Shown: one piece after another, positions 52,201-64,000 of the stretch
Numbering within the stretch: position 1 is the stretch's first letter
Layout: each line of letters begins with the position of its first letter
Made by a program: the position numbers and the translations under genes
The notes under the pieces: generated by a model
What the model was told of the DNA's origin: nothing
What the model saw: the letters and a program-made list of their open reading frames with translations, nothing else
Database searches by the model: none
Assembly: GCA_965637545.1 (NCBI GenBank)
Contig: OZ281494.1
Coordinates: 11,284,001 to 11,348,000, forward strand
DNA: 64,000 bases
Reading direction: 5' to 3'
From: Phallusia mammillata
Taxonomy: Eukaryota

Positions 52201-55200
52201 GTTCGATGCGACGCGCGAATCGCTTTGTTTGTCCGGAACAAAAGAACACACTGTTCCATTGATAGGTCACTACCCGCGGTTCTCTATTTTTGAGGGGTTT
52301 GGGCGCGTCGATGTTGAACCCATAATGGGTTTAACCTTTGAACTCCAGGTTTGCCAAAGCAAAGGGGTCGAACGTTAACACGAAAATACGTTAGCCTTCA
52401 AGCGTCTGCTAAACATCACTGAAAATTTGCTTTGCTTTTTTTTGTCGATTCGTAATCACACAGGGTATTTTCGTGCTAAACTGTTATTGAAATAGAATTC
52501 ACCAAACAGACAAATGTGTGATTGTTTTAAGTTTTCTACAAAATTGGTTGCAAGAAGAAAAACAGTTTTTCCGTTTGTTTTCAGGCGATATACAAGTACG
52601 CCCTTCAAAAGAGGGCAAAGTTATTGTGGTTGTGGACACCAATTTGCTTTAACATTTTTGCAAATCGTTCAAGTTTCCAATAAATCAAAGCCTAAATTTC
52701 CACCATCTCCCTCACAATAGTCGCCAAAAAACACAACATCCCTAATTTTTGAGATGTGTTTTCAGGAGAAACAACAACCGGAAAGTGACGTTAGACGTTG
52801 TGACGTACGCTGTCAATTCTTCGGTCTTAGACACGAACGTTTCGTCACGGCCGTGCAAGTGACTACAAAACTATTGAATATCTGTGACGAAAGCACAACA
52901 CTTGCCAGTTTTAACTGCGGATGTTTTTCCGGCATTAAAACATTCCGGCAGTCAGCGGTCGCCCTAAGCAAATCCCACATTATCCTTAGGTTGGTTGAGT
53001 GGTCACGAGCTATGAACGCACGGTGGTTTTGATACGCGACTGTGGAATGCGCAAAAACAAACGCTACTCTGACAAACAGAGGGCTTGTAAATAGCTTCTG
53101 ACAAAACGATTTTTGAAACACCTCAACATCGCAAGGTCAGGGGTTTAGATCCTGCCTAGATCGCCGTCCCATTTACCGCATACAAGATGTCCAAGCAGGC
53201 GTTGTTTCAAATAAAGAAAATGCACAAATGCCTTAGCTCCGCGATTTTATGGTGCATAATCAAGATCCCCATTTTTCTAGTTGTTTTCGTTTGCTCTGCA
53301 GTGCAAAAATTTGGAAATATGATTTACCCCAACAAACAGATATATCATCAAACTATTTCAAGGAATCATGGTACTAATGATGGAGGACGTTTCATGTTGA
53401 AATTTAGTAGATGAGTATAGAGCAGCAAAGAGGTTCACAACATACCACTCTTTTCATACTTTCTCTGATTTTTCCCCTATTACGTCAAAGAAACATCGAC
53501 CTGACGGGTACGAATCGTTCTACAGGCAATGACAGAAAGCGACGGGTTTCTGCACAAATGGACCATGAAACATCATGCCCATGTGGTCACTACGCACACA
53601 GCCATCGGTACGGACAGTTTTCATTTCAAAACAAAGGTTTTTAAGCGATTAAACAAACACATGAAGTTGTGTGTTGTTAAATGGCATAGATTTGGGAAAT
53701 CTGTGATATATATAACGAAAGGTGGAAATTGTTGCAACAATGCTAATAGAACAGGGCATGATTTCCAGAACCAATTTACCAGGATTTGCTGTTAAAGGGG
53801 AAGAAGTTAATAGTACCGTTTTGGTCTAAATACAAGTGACTGAAGAAAAACGCAAATCCTACACATGACATTGTAGCTAACTTTGTTATTGGTTCCTGAC
53901 AAAGATGCATCATCCGACTCCGATGACGACCATCATTTGCGGATGGAACGTGAGAAAAGTCTCAAAATCAAACAACATACTACAAGAACCAGAGAAAGCG
54001 ATTTTCTTAGTTGTCAACCTGAGATCGCCGCGCACGTGTATCAGCGGCAATAAATCAGCAAAACCTAAGCGCAGATTGTTACAATGTTTGCTCGCCATCT
54101 TATAGCAAAGAGCGCTTGACGTCACGGCCACGTCACATTGAATGAGATAGTGGTAAGATCTCTATGTGAGGTTTGCTTCCGCTATTAAACTGAACGAGCA
54201 ATTGTTTGCGTCAGAAATGTGTTGTGAGCTTCCGCCGGGACCAAGCGATGACGACATAAACGCGCAGTTGGTTGTACATTGTAAACAAGAATCCTGGATA
54301 AGTTATGAGCCGATTTAGACCACAATTGACAGGAAGCGGACATGAGAACAAAGGATTATAACACAAGAACTGAACAAAATATTTGATAAGGCCCTTTCTC
54401 GTGTCAAGAACTGCGTCAGTCCCTTGAAAAAACCCGAAGATTCTTTCGATTTACTGTAACATATAAAACGTAACACATAAAAGTTATTTGTTTCAGACAA
54501 AAACACAAGGAATGAAATCCACTGTGGAAGGCTGTGGGGTGTTGAAAATTACGCAAACACTCTCGATTTAACCCCACTGCAAACAATTGGCGGTAAACTT
54601 GATACTTCCCCGAAAAATCTACCTCACTTATTACGCATGAATGTTATAAATCTCGATTTTATTCCAGAAGCTGTCAACTTCACGTGCAAATGCACATATA
54701 TCGTTTGTTCATATACGTCAGGTCTATTAACAAATCCCAGGCTTTCGCTATGTTGTTCTGTCGCCTCAGTCAACATTGTTTTTACATTAGGGCGGACTAA
54801 ATGAGAAAAACAGTTTGAAAACGCGAATTCGTCGTACACAACCCTATGGATGACCTATCATCGGAATCATGCCCCCTCAAACGTCCTACGACCCGTACCG
54901 TTTCGGAATACGCTACTGAAAGATAAAATAAACATAAAAACGACAAAAACAACCCGAACCACAGGTCGAACAGTGAGATTCATGATCAAAAATTGTCTCA
55001 ATGATTAGTAAAGCGGAACAACGGAACACAACTGTGACGTCAAACACGGCATTTAGATAAAAATTACAGCGACGGAGAAATGCTCCACAATTGTTACGAA
55101 TTTAAATTTCTTCAGTCAGGTCATGGATTCTTACCGAATAGTGTTTATGGTGTAAACGAAAAGCCGTCGATTCCCACTTTGTTCGTTTACTTAGTGTGAC

Positions 55201-58200
55201 GACGATACCTAAAGTCCGTGAGAGTTCATGGGGCTTTGTTAAAAAATAGACTACTTTCGTGTGTGCCTAAATATCAAAAACGTAAATGACAACAAAGTAA
55301 TCGCCTGGTTTTGGAATTACTCCCACAACATTACCATAAAAGTCGTCCTTTACTCTCACATTGACATAATATCTAATTATGATTAGCTCCGCCGTGCGCC
55401 ATCGACCGACACAATACGATTATTTTGATACGCTAAAATTGCGAAATCATGTTGCGACCAGAAGAAGCGCATCCAATTTCCTGAATCGATCGCAAACAAT
55501 ATCAGCATCGATTAAAGGAAAACGCGCGAACGACCAAGGTGGCCTAAATTCACTTTTCCGGTCGTATAATTGTTCACGCGATTACACGCACGTTTTCCTT
55601 TAAACAGTTCCTACAAAAGGTCACAAGGCTATGACCATAGCGACGCCCTTTGACCACATAACGTTGTTTGTACAAAATAGTGTACAGACACATCGTCTGA
55701 TTGCAAGGCCCAGATTGAAATTGCCACATCCTCCGGGTTGGATGCCGGAAAATCGGTGAGTAGCAGTGATAAGAAGAGGGCGAAAGTTGAAATTGGCCAC
55801 GACGTTTATTATTACAAGGACCCAAATGCCAAACCACGCATTCGGAGAAGCCTCAAGCATAGTGCGAAATCTTTGATGTCGCGGGACAATTTGGTCGTTG
55901 CGGACACAATTTCTACCCAAATGCTGCACAAGTGCAACACGTTCGTCTCCCAACATCACTTTCAAAAGAATAGCAATTTCCATGGACAGGTAAGAGTTTT
56001 TTTAGGGCGTAATGGAAATAATAGCTCAATGTGGTTGCTTCGTGTTTGAACTGGTTGAGGCAAAGGTTGTTTCGTCTGCAGGTGCCGACTGATTGATGAC
56101 ATTGTTTATCTAGAAAGTATGTTTCATGTTTCTTACCAAAGTTCAGATAAGTGCTGCGTAATTTTCCCTGTGACGAGGCAAATATTCAGGATTACTCATT
56201 TGTTTTGCAGATGGGCATTTTAAGGCATGCTCTATGATTGACAACGATGTTTGGACGAGAAGAGGACTTACTTGGGCGTTTTTCAGCACTTGATAACCGC
56301 CATTATGGTTTAAGCAACAATTCCTTATGGGGTAAACATTCTAGATCAAAAACCTATGCGCAACAATCTGTCAGCGAAAATGCCATAGCGGTTGGATTTA
56401 TGCACACGGCTTAAGGCCATTAGGTTGTAAAGAAACAAAATCTGGGAACGTTCTTTCAGCAGTCCGCTGTGGGAAGGCGACGCAAAATGCATCATACATG
56501 TTGAAACACACCACTACCAGCGTCACGGTCATGTACGTCACGGAAAAATATTGTGTTCCATTGTCGAGCGCAGCGTGCGTCCGGCACCGTGAAATCTCCT
56601 TAATGAACAGGCACAAATAAACCGCAGTAGCGCAGCGTCGTACCGCTGGGGCCGGGCAAATCGACGCGATGCATCACCAATAAAGTCTAAAATTGTCAAC
56701 TTGTTTTGCTTCCCTTCCTTGAGCATGGGAAGCGTCGCCCCACGAGAACCGCGTTGATTGACTGCAGGGATCGTGACGTCATTGAAATGCGAAAACAGGG
56801 CTAACGTGACCCCCGTGCCCGTGTTGCCGCAAAATTTAACTTGTTGCACAATACCCTTATGAGGCTAGATCCACGTTTTCTGTTTCACAAACTCGTGAGC
56901 ACGGGCCATGTGCGAAGTATACAGAGACTGAAAATACCCTTCGCTATCACATTAGAATCGATTAGCAAGTGGTTTCGCACACATCAAGCTTCTGTATATA
57001 GCTGTTGGTTATTTGCTTTAGCCGGAACGTTATCAATATATCAACAAAACATCCGGCGCTTGTCCCAAGACTGATGATATTAACACGTCTTTCGTTTTAA
57101 GCCGTTCTTTCCTTAAATTTATCAATCCACAATTTGTTCAATAGTGCGTTGGGTCCAGAAAAAAGTTTCCATTCGGTGTTGTTGGACGAAATTTGTGCAA
57201 CCTGTAGTTTGAAGGAATCAATCATCTCTACACCAGCACTTTCTCTATCCTGTCACAGACCCGTCAAACCAAACACACCGAACCCGCATGCCCAAAACCA
57301 CAACTCGGACTGGCAGGGGTTAGCTAGGGGACCAAGGGAGGAGCATAAATTCTTTCGGTCAAGCCCATGCAAACAACGTTACATGTAGGGTTGGGTTTCG
57401 CACTGCACAATATCAAAACTGTGTTTTTGTCGTTTCAGCGGCGACGGCGGCATCAGATAATGCGCTACAAAGGCAGTTAGACTAGAAGGATGGACCACGC
57501 CCTTGGAAAGGCTGATCGGCTTTGATTGTTATCTACGACTGAAATACATCTGTCGGTTAACACAAGTTGAAAGTGAGTTCGTTTTTGGTTCTCGCCGGCG
57601 TGGCTGATATCAAAGCAGATTTGCATGGGATTTGTGACCGCACAGAGGAAACAATGCGACCGAAAGCTGGTACCAGTCAAGCGCGACCTTACCCTGGCGC
57701 GGTACAAGAATTAGTGGCGTCAGAAATGCGGTAGCATCCGAGTGAAAGGCACCTCTTCAAAGCCGAGGCTAGCGAGCAACTCAGGTAATGTATCACCCGG
57801 CGATTGCAAGTTGCAGATTGTGTTTCTGCCGGCTGTCACAACAGAACATATCAGTGGATCAAACGCGCGAGCACCCATGCGGTAGAGCCACACACAGAGC
57901 TGTCATAAACCTGTCGATCTCCAAGGTGCTGCGGAGGTTTTCGAGAAAAAATCGACACGTGCGAGGAACATACACTGTAAATTCGACGCGCTTAAGGTAA
58001 TTTTGCGGGCCACAAAGAATACAGTTTAATACATCATTCGCGCTTTGGCGAGTCGGGCTTGGAACTGTTGCGTCACGTACGCGTACAACTCGGAGTCTAG
58101 TGCATTTTACAGGCAAACTTGCAGGGTGAATCCAACATCTCAATACCCCAGCGAAGTTTGCAGTTTGCCGCTAAGACCACCCAAGCCGTCGAGAAGCTGA

Positions 58201-60293
58201 TTAAAACGCTGTACATTACAATTGCACAAAACCCTGATTGTCCCGCAAAAACATGCACTGGTACCGGGATTATACGGACATTGAGTTGACCATTACTTGC
58301 TAAGGGCGACGTACGTCATTACGAGTTACGGGTTGTTATTCTTGCGCATGAAAACTACGTCACTGGTAGCGTCTAATGTTGATTGAAATCGATCAATTAC
58401 ATCTAGGTGCCGGTTTTTAAGATCTCTTTAATCCTTACACCCGCCCCTAACCCTACCGCAATTAGTTACAAGGTCTTCGCGTTAAAATGGCCAAATCGAC
58501 AATTCGTCTCCATTAAAGGTGCCGTTTCTCCGCACAAGGCTTACATCTTTTGCCAAATAAATGAGTAATAGCTTCGCTCATCGTTAAGGCACGGGTCCGG
58601 TCCCTATTGACGCATGTTTGTGATTATTTGCTCACGACTTGCACGCAAGTTAGCCTGCGTATTGCAAAAGAACACATTTACAATATACGCGAGAACTTCA
58701 CATTGACAAAGTGACGGAAAACAGACGTGACTTTGCGCCGAAAAGTCGGTGAGCAAACATCAGGGTTAATCTTCCAAGCCATTAAGCGAGGTTCTCGACA
58801 CACGCGTGATTGCATTATGGGAGTTCCTAGGCCAAAGCCGGCATTTGCTTCACGTCATCGCCGTTTGATTGGCCACAAAAACACCAAAACGCAAAGGTGT
58901 TTTTGTTGTGAAAATCTGACGGTGGGAGATAGGAATCTAGGAAAACGCCCGCTGGCTGACAAGTGTGGACGGTAGATGTGAGTCGATTAAAAATATTGTG
59001 AGCGTGCCCGCTGAACTGCAACGTGCAACAACACACGCACCTGTAAGGGTCTAAAATAGCTCCAACTAAACTACTCGACAAGTCTTTTAGAAGTTAATTT
59101 TGGATTGTCAGTTTTAAAAGGATAGAGGTGGATAAACAAACAAGTCATGAGTGCCAGTAGCTATAAGTTGTTTTTTGTCGCCAACTGAATCGTAAATAAA
59201 GCGTATGGACATAGTTACTTTAAAAAAGTATGCAATTAGTTTGGTATTTAAAGCAAAAACATAATTGAATTTTAAAAACACATTTTAAAATGCCAAATGA
59301 CAACAAAATTAATGTAAAACTTCGATCCCAAGGATTGAATATCATATGATATGCTCGCAAGAGATCTCCCTCAGGTACGATCAAGTACCATCCCGAAAAA
59401 AACGCATCCCGAATTTTTGTAACAGAAACTTTTAAAGATGCCGTTTAGATACATGTGGTTGAATTGATTCACTTTTAGATCCCGTACTAACTACAAAACT
59501 TTTTGCGTACCTAAAACGTCTGTGAGCAGAAGAGAAACGATCTCAAATGTTCAATTTTAGTCAAATCCGGGACCATTTTAAATGAATCATGCAGAAAATA
59601 CCTATTGTTAATTTAGAATGCAAAATAATCAAAACAAACTTCGAAATCGGATTATATCTCTTACGAAATTCTAAGAAATGCCTTTTGTCATAGGGAGTTT
59701 ACATATGGCTCATTGTGTTGCTTCTTTGTCACAGTTTCAGTCTATTCCAGCAAATTTCTATTTTTATGTCTCCCGTTTTGATGACTGACGGTCACAGTTA
59801 TTCGAACACAACTAGTTTACTGTAAATCACTGTTTCGCGTAAAGATGTGTTTAGCAAATTTTCCAACCATAAAAGTCACTGCTTTTGAATGTCTAAAAAG
59901 CATGAAAGCTGATATACATCATGGGCGGAACCTGCTTTACCGCTAAGGCCAAAAAACACAACTATTTACGTCCTGCCAATTACATTGACAGACTAAACAC
60001 AAAAAGAACATCCAACAAATACAGCAAGGTGTACTTGCTATTATTACAATGCATGACAGACCTTTGTATCGTTTGCCCAATTCATAAACTAAAAAGACTG
60101 ACTAATTATATTGATTCTCTTTGATGTATTCCTCCGGATTTTAATTACTTCGCTCCAATGACAAACAAAGAGAACGGAAGAAAGCCTGAACATGATGGAT
60201 GAAACCAAAAATTTGCATGCGTAATAATACAGTAGTAGGCCCTAACTACACAACGGAAACATGTGGTAAATATTTGCATCTTACTATTTAGAT

Positions 60294-60510
60294 CAGTGGT
60301 TCTTAACCTTTTTTCCTTGCTGCACCCCTTTCAAATCACCAACCAATTTTCGCACCCCCTTACAAATCACTAACCAATTTTCGCTCCCCCTTCTGTAATT
60401 GCTTAAATAGAATTGACCTAACCAACCTTAATGATTCAGCACCCCCGCACCCCCTAGGAACAGTTCTGGCACCCCTTGGGGGTGCGTGCACCCCAGGTTA
60501 AGAACCCCTG
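60294..60510. mobile_element. hAT (MER5/Charlie-like) MITE, 217 bp
   Basis: TIRs cagtggttcttaacct / aggttaagaacccctg; perfect TSD ATTTAGAT at 60286-60293 and 60511-60518; internal GCACCCC repeats and a tandem duplication of about 31 bp. Confidence 0.95.
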
Positions 60511-63500
60511 ATTTAGATAATCATCGTGTGCTCTCAAAAAACGAGGATGTTAAATTACGTACTAAGGCCTAAGGGTATTAGTTATAAAATATGTTTAGCT
60601 CAGAAAGATAAGTGTGCTTAGCTGAGTAAGTATAAACTACTAATAACAACTTTATTATTGTGTGCTAAATACCGTATGAAAATAGTTATAGATAGAGCAT
60701 TGAGGTTGGATATTTTTCGACGTTTTTTCTCATTTAAAATTCGAAACAAGGCCACAAAAAGGTCTTACCTTTGACTAAACTTGCAGAAAATTTAAAAGTA
60801 CTTAATATGCCGGAAGTCAACGAGAGCAAATTCATATGAACGCCGGTAATTAAAGTTAACCGCTGTTTTGATGATCTATTGATAAACGTAACCATCTTCA
60901 ACAACAGGAAACGAACGAGTCAAAAACCACAAAGGTCGTTAATGTGTTTTTTCCTAGGCCAGGAGGTCAATCACGGTATCTGAACCTGGAGCTGTCGCCG
61001 TGGTAATCCGTAACGCACGCGAAAGATGGCAAGATAGCAGCGCTATTTTTTCGTTTGCCGCCATGCACCAAACCTCACGACATGAGTTCGACAAGAAACA
61101 ATTTACTCCCAAGAATAGTTGCGGGTTGCAGTGATAGTGAGCACCAAAACATAGCAACACTGTTTATCAATTAAGGCTCTGGAACAACTCAAAAGTCCTT
61201 GCGACTTTTTACTTTCTCCTTCTCGTTCCATACAATGCGTGATACCAACTTGTGTTTGTGAAAACGCCCGTTGGTCTACCAATGCTTTTAGGGACAGTAA
61301 ATCACCCGCAACAGTCTGTGGAGAAATGCGGGCGAAGAAAACATTTTGTCCTTTTGCAATTCCCAGAATGTTACATTCCTAACAAAGCTGCAACGGGGAA
61401 TGGCGATAAAGCATGCGAAGAGGCCACTTTAGGAATAGGAACTCTTCCTGGTTGTATCATTCTGTGCGCATAATTAGATTTGCAGAGGTCGTTGCCTTCA
61501 CTTTGTCAACGCTCAGTCGCTGGAATTGTTTATGGAGATACGCGTTGCAAATGCTGCTATGTTATTCCAAAGACCCTGTCAACACCTAAAGCATACGGTC
61601 GGTCTAGTATATACCACTACAGCAAGCAGTGTTGAACGTGATTTTCGACTTATGACCTCATACATTGCGCAAACAACTACTATGTACTGATAACCACTAA
61701 ACCACTGAGCGTCATTGATTCAAACAAACCCCTCTGCGAAACTATCGTCATTACGAGCAATAAACACTACCTTAAAGTTCACCTGTTTAGAGACAGCGGT
61801 GGCTGCGGACAGGCTTCGGCCGTGCATTGCAGACGGGTCCAATGAGGGTCATCAGGTCTGAAAAACAAAAAAAAGCGTGAATATATTGTACTGGAAGTAA
61901 TAAAAATCTGTACCGCACACATACCAACAGTACAATTAGTCGGAAGTAGAACAAGTTCGGGATAAATAAGCAAGCACGGCTCAAAAATAGGTAAAATGCT
62001 CGGTTTATGTACGATATGAATACAAAACCATACGTCTAAGTAAGATAAGGGAATGACCTAGAAGTTGTAATAGCGAACTGGGGTCGCTTGCATCGCACAA
62101 GTTTAATCCAAACCCACAACGTCTGCGTCATATTGTTCAAACATTTCGCGGAATTGAGTTACGATTTGTGTAAGCTGCAAATTTGACTCTTCCGTAATAA
62201 AAGAAAAGGGGACAAAGCCGCAAGACCCTGGGGGGTCAATTGTAAAACTTAATAGCGTTAAACATTAACGCCCTTGACATACAGGAAATTCGCAGCTAAG
62301 ATGTGATTGGAATCCAGTAAATGCGTATTGTGTCAAGGGATTATCGTATAATTCCTAATTGCGTCCAGCAAGCCAAATGTCAAAAGGGAGAGACATCTAT
62401 ATCATTGAGTGGGATTAAACGCCTTTGATCAGCTAATTGCGACGGGTCGTGCGTGCTTTGGTGATGCACACGAAACTATTGCGGTTAATATGATCAGTAT
62501 ATGAGTTCTGTGGAAAGCAAATCCACACGTTCTAAAGTGCTTGGGCAAAGCCACAGTTTGACGACCAAAAATTCTGCATAAAAGGTTCAAGGTTTTCGTC
62601 CAGCAGTCTAGCTAAATACCATGTCGACATTGGAAAGGCATAGAAACAAAACAAACTTAACTCAACTCAATATACACCTATACATCGAAAACTGTTAGCG
62701 TAAATATTTTTGCAATTTTTCGACAACCTATCAGTCAAAAATAAACCAGTCTACAAAGGTGATCCATTTTAGGTTTTAAACTTGAATGTGGAACACTTAC
62801 ACAGAAATGAATTTAATATTTACCGAATAAAAAGTGGCTGCATGAAAAAACTACACACATTACCTCATCACCGTTAATTTTTTTCAATCGAAATATAAAA
62901 GCGAAAAAATTCGGACGTACAGAAATTACAGAAGGACGTACAGAATTCGCGAGCCAGACGATTCAATCGTCCCTTTTTCAGGTCGTCCAACGGGAAAGAA
63001 AAAAAGCATTAGTGCGTTGCTTCGACAGACCTCATACAAATAGGCTTACTTCAGTTGAGCTGAGCCAGAATGCCGGTGAACCTCAGTGACAGTCATTGGT
63101 TGCTCTTTGGATTTAGCTTGGAGTTGCTAATGTCAAACTCGGCAATTGTTGAATATGTGTAGTTCACGGTGTTATACCCTTGTACCTTTAACAGGGTTTA
63201 AGGTTTGGAGTACATTTGAAAGTTACTTTGAAACGTGTGGTTACCGCACTCTTGCGTTATTACGGTTTTGTTTGAGCAACAGACGTTTACGTGACTTTTC
63301 TACTTCAAATATCAACTGGATGTTATGTCTCTACGCCATGATTCGAATTCGGAACGCGGCGTTTTCAGCCCCGAGCGATGAAAGATGCAGCGCAGAATGG
63401 TGACGCGGTCAAAGCTTTTAGATGCAAAGGGCCGTAAAAAACGGTGTGAAATTTGTCTATTGTCGGAAATAGTGAGTTCAGAAAACATTTCAGAAATAGA

Positions 63501-64000
63501 AGCCGGAGTCGTTTAGGGGTTAAGGAAATGTGCCGACAAGGCTTGTCGTGCCGCGGGCGGTCGTGCAGGGTTTGACGGTCGCATCGAAAGCCGACAGTAG
63601 TGTTTGCACAACGCTGGAACTCCTGAACATCGTGTCGGTGCGCTAAAAGCTACGAAGTTCGGTGAGTCGTATCGGTAAATATGATTGACATATGCCCTAA
63701 TGTTGATATCGGCGAGTGCCCAGTCACTGCGTCTATGATTGCTGCGGTGGCGATTGTTTGCAGTAGTAAAAACTCGTGCGATGAAACAGCGTTTTGGGGC
63801 CAACGTTGGGGTGGATCGTGGCGCTTTCATGTTACCGCGTTTGTCGTTTCAGTGCAGAGCGTCCAGGCCACCGCGGTATGTTTATTTACGCCGGCCGCAG
63901 CGAAAGTAAGCAACAACAATCGAAGACTGCCACGCGTAAAAGTCGCTGCGGAAATTAGCCGGCGCGCTCGAGAAAAAATACAGGTCGCAGCCAAAAACCT

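Larger units (their letters stand above)
26000..64000. promoter_or_regulatory. Large CpG-rich region with no recognised protein; probable cis-regulatory landscape or very long intron(s)
   Basis: No ORF from the track resembles a family I can identify. CpG is not depleted, only two transposon-derived pieces were found, and there are clusters of Su(H), CRE, MEF2 and TAATC motifs. Confidence 0.55.

Noticed and set aside
52198-52218. miR-375-like seed TTTGTTCG; also partial matches to miR-124 (33459, 58586), let-7 (29720) and miR-219 (58235)
   Set aside because: Matches stop after the seed and no compatible precursor hairpin is present.
1-64000. Prokaryotic-type systems (CRISPR arrays, operons, prophage) and rRNA genes
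   Set aside because: The sequence is spliceosomal-intron eukaryotic DNA; no regularly spaced repeat-spacer array or rRNA signature was seen.

Overview
Eukaryotic, AT-rich, intron-rich DNA, most likely from an ascidian tunicate or a similar invertebrate chordate (inference from vertebrate-like gene structure, strongly diverged proteins and mosaic CpG depletion). The left 25 kb is gene-dense: two tandem alpha-arrestin (ARRDC-like) genes on the minus strand, and a complete 31-exon Nup155 gene on the plus strand, head-to-head with the nearer ARRDC. Nup155 intron 2 has U12 (minor spliceosome) signals. The best candidate for something undescribed is a 4-exon antisense gene hidden in Nup155 intron 9. 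It encodes a 139-aa protein with four hydrophobic segments, each carrying one His. Its 5' end coincides with a sharp CpG-poor to CpG-rich transition, and its 3' UTR probably overlaps Nup155 exon 9. At least eight non-autonomous hAT-type elements (six with perfect 8-bp TSDs, one nested in another) and a long foldback element are present. From about 26 kb to 64 kb I recognise no known protein. This stretch is CpG-rich, almost free of recognisable transposons, and carries Su(H), CRE, MEF2 and TAATC motif clusters, two pre-miRNA-sized hairpins and a few orphan exon candidates. It resembles the regulatory landscape of a developmental gene lying outside the window. All exon calls and motif counts were made by eye.
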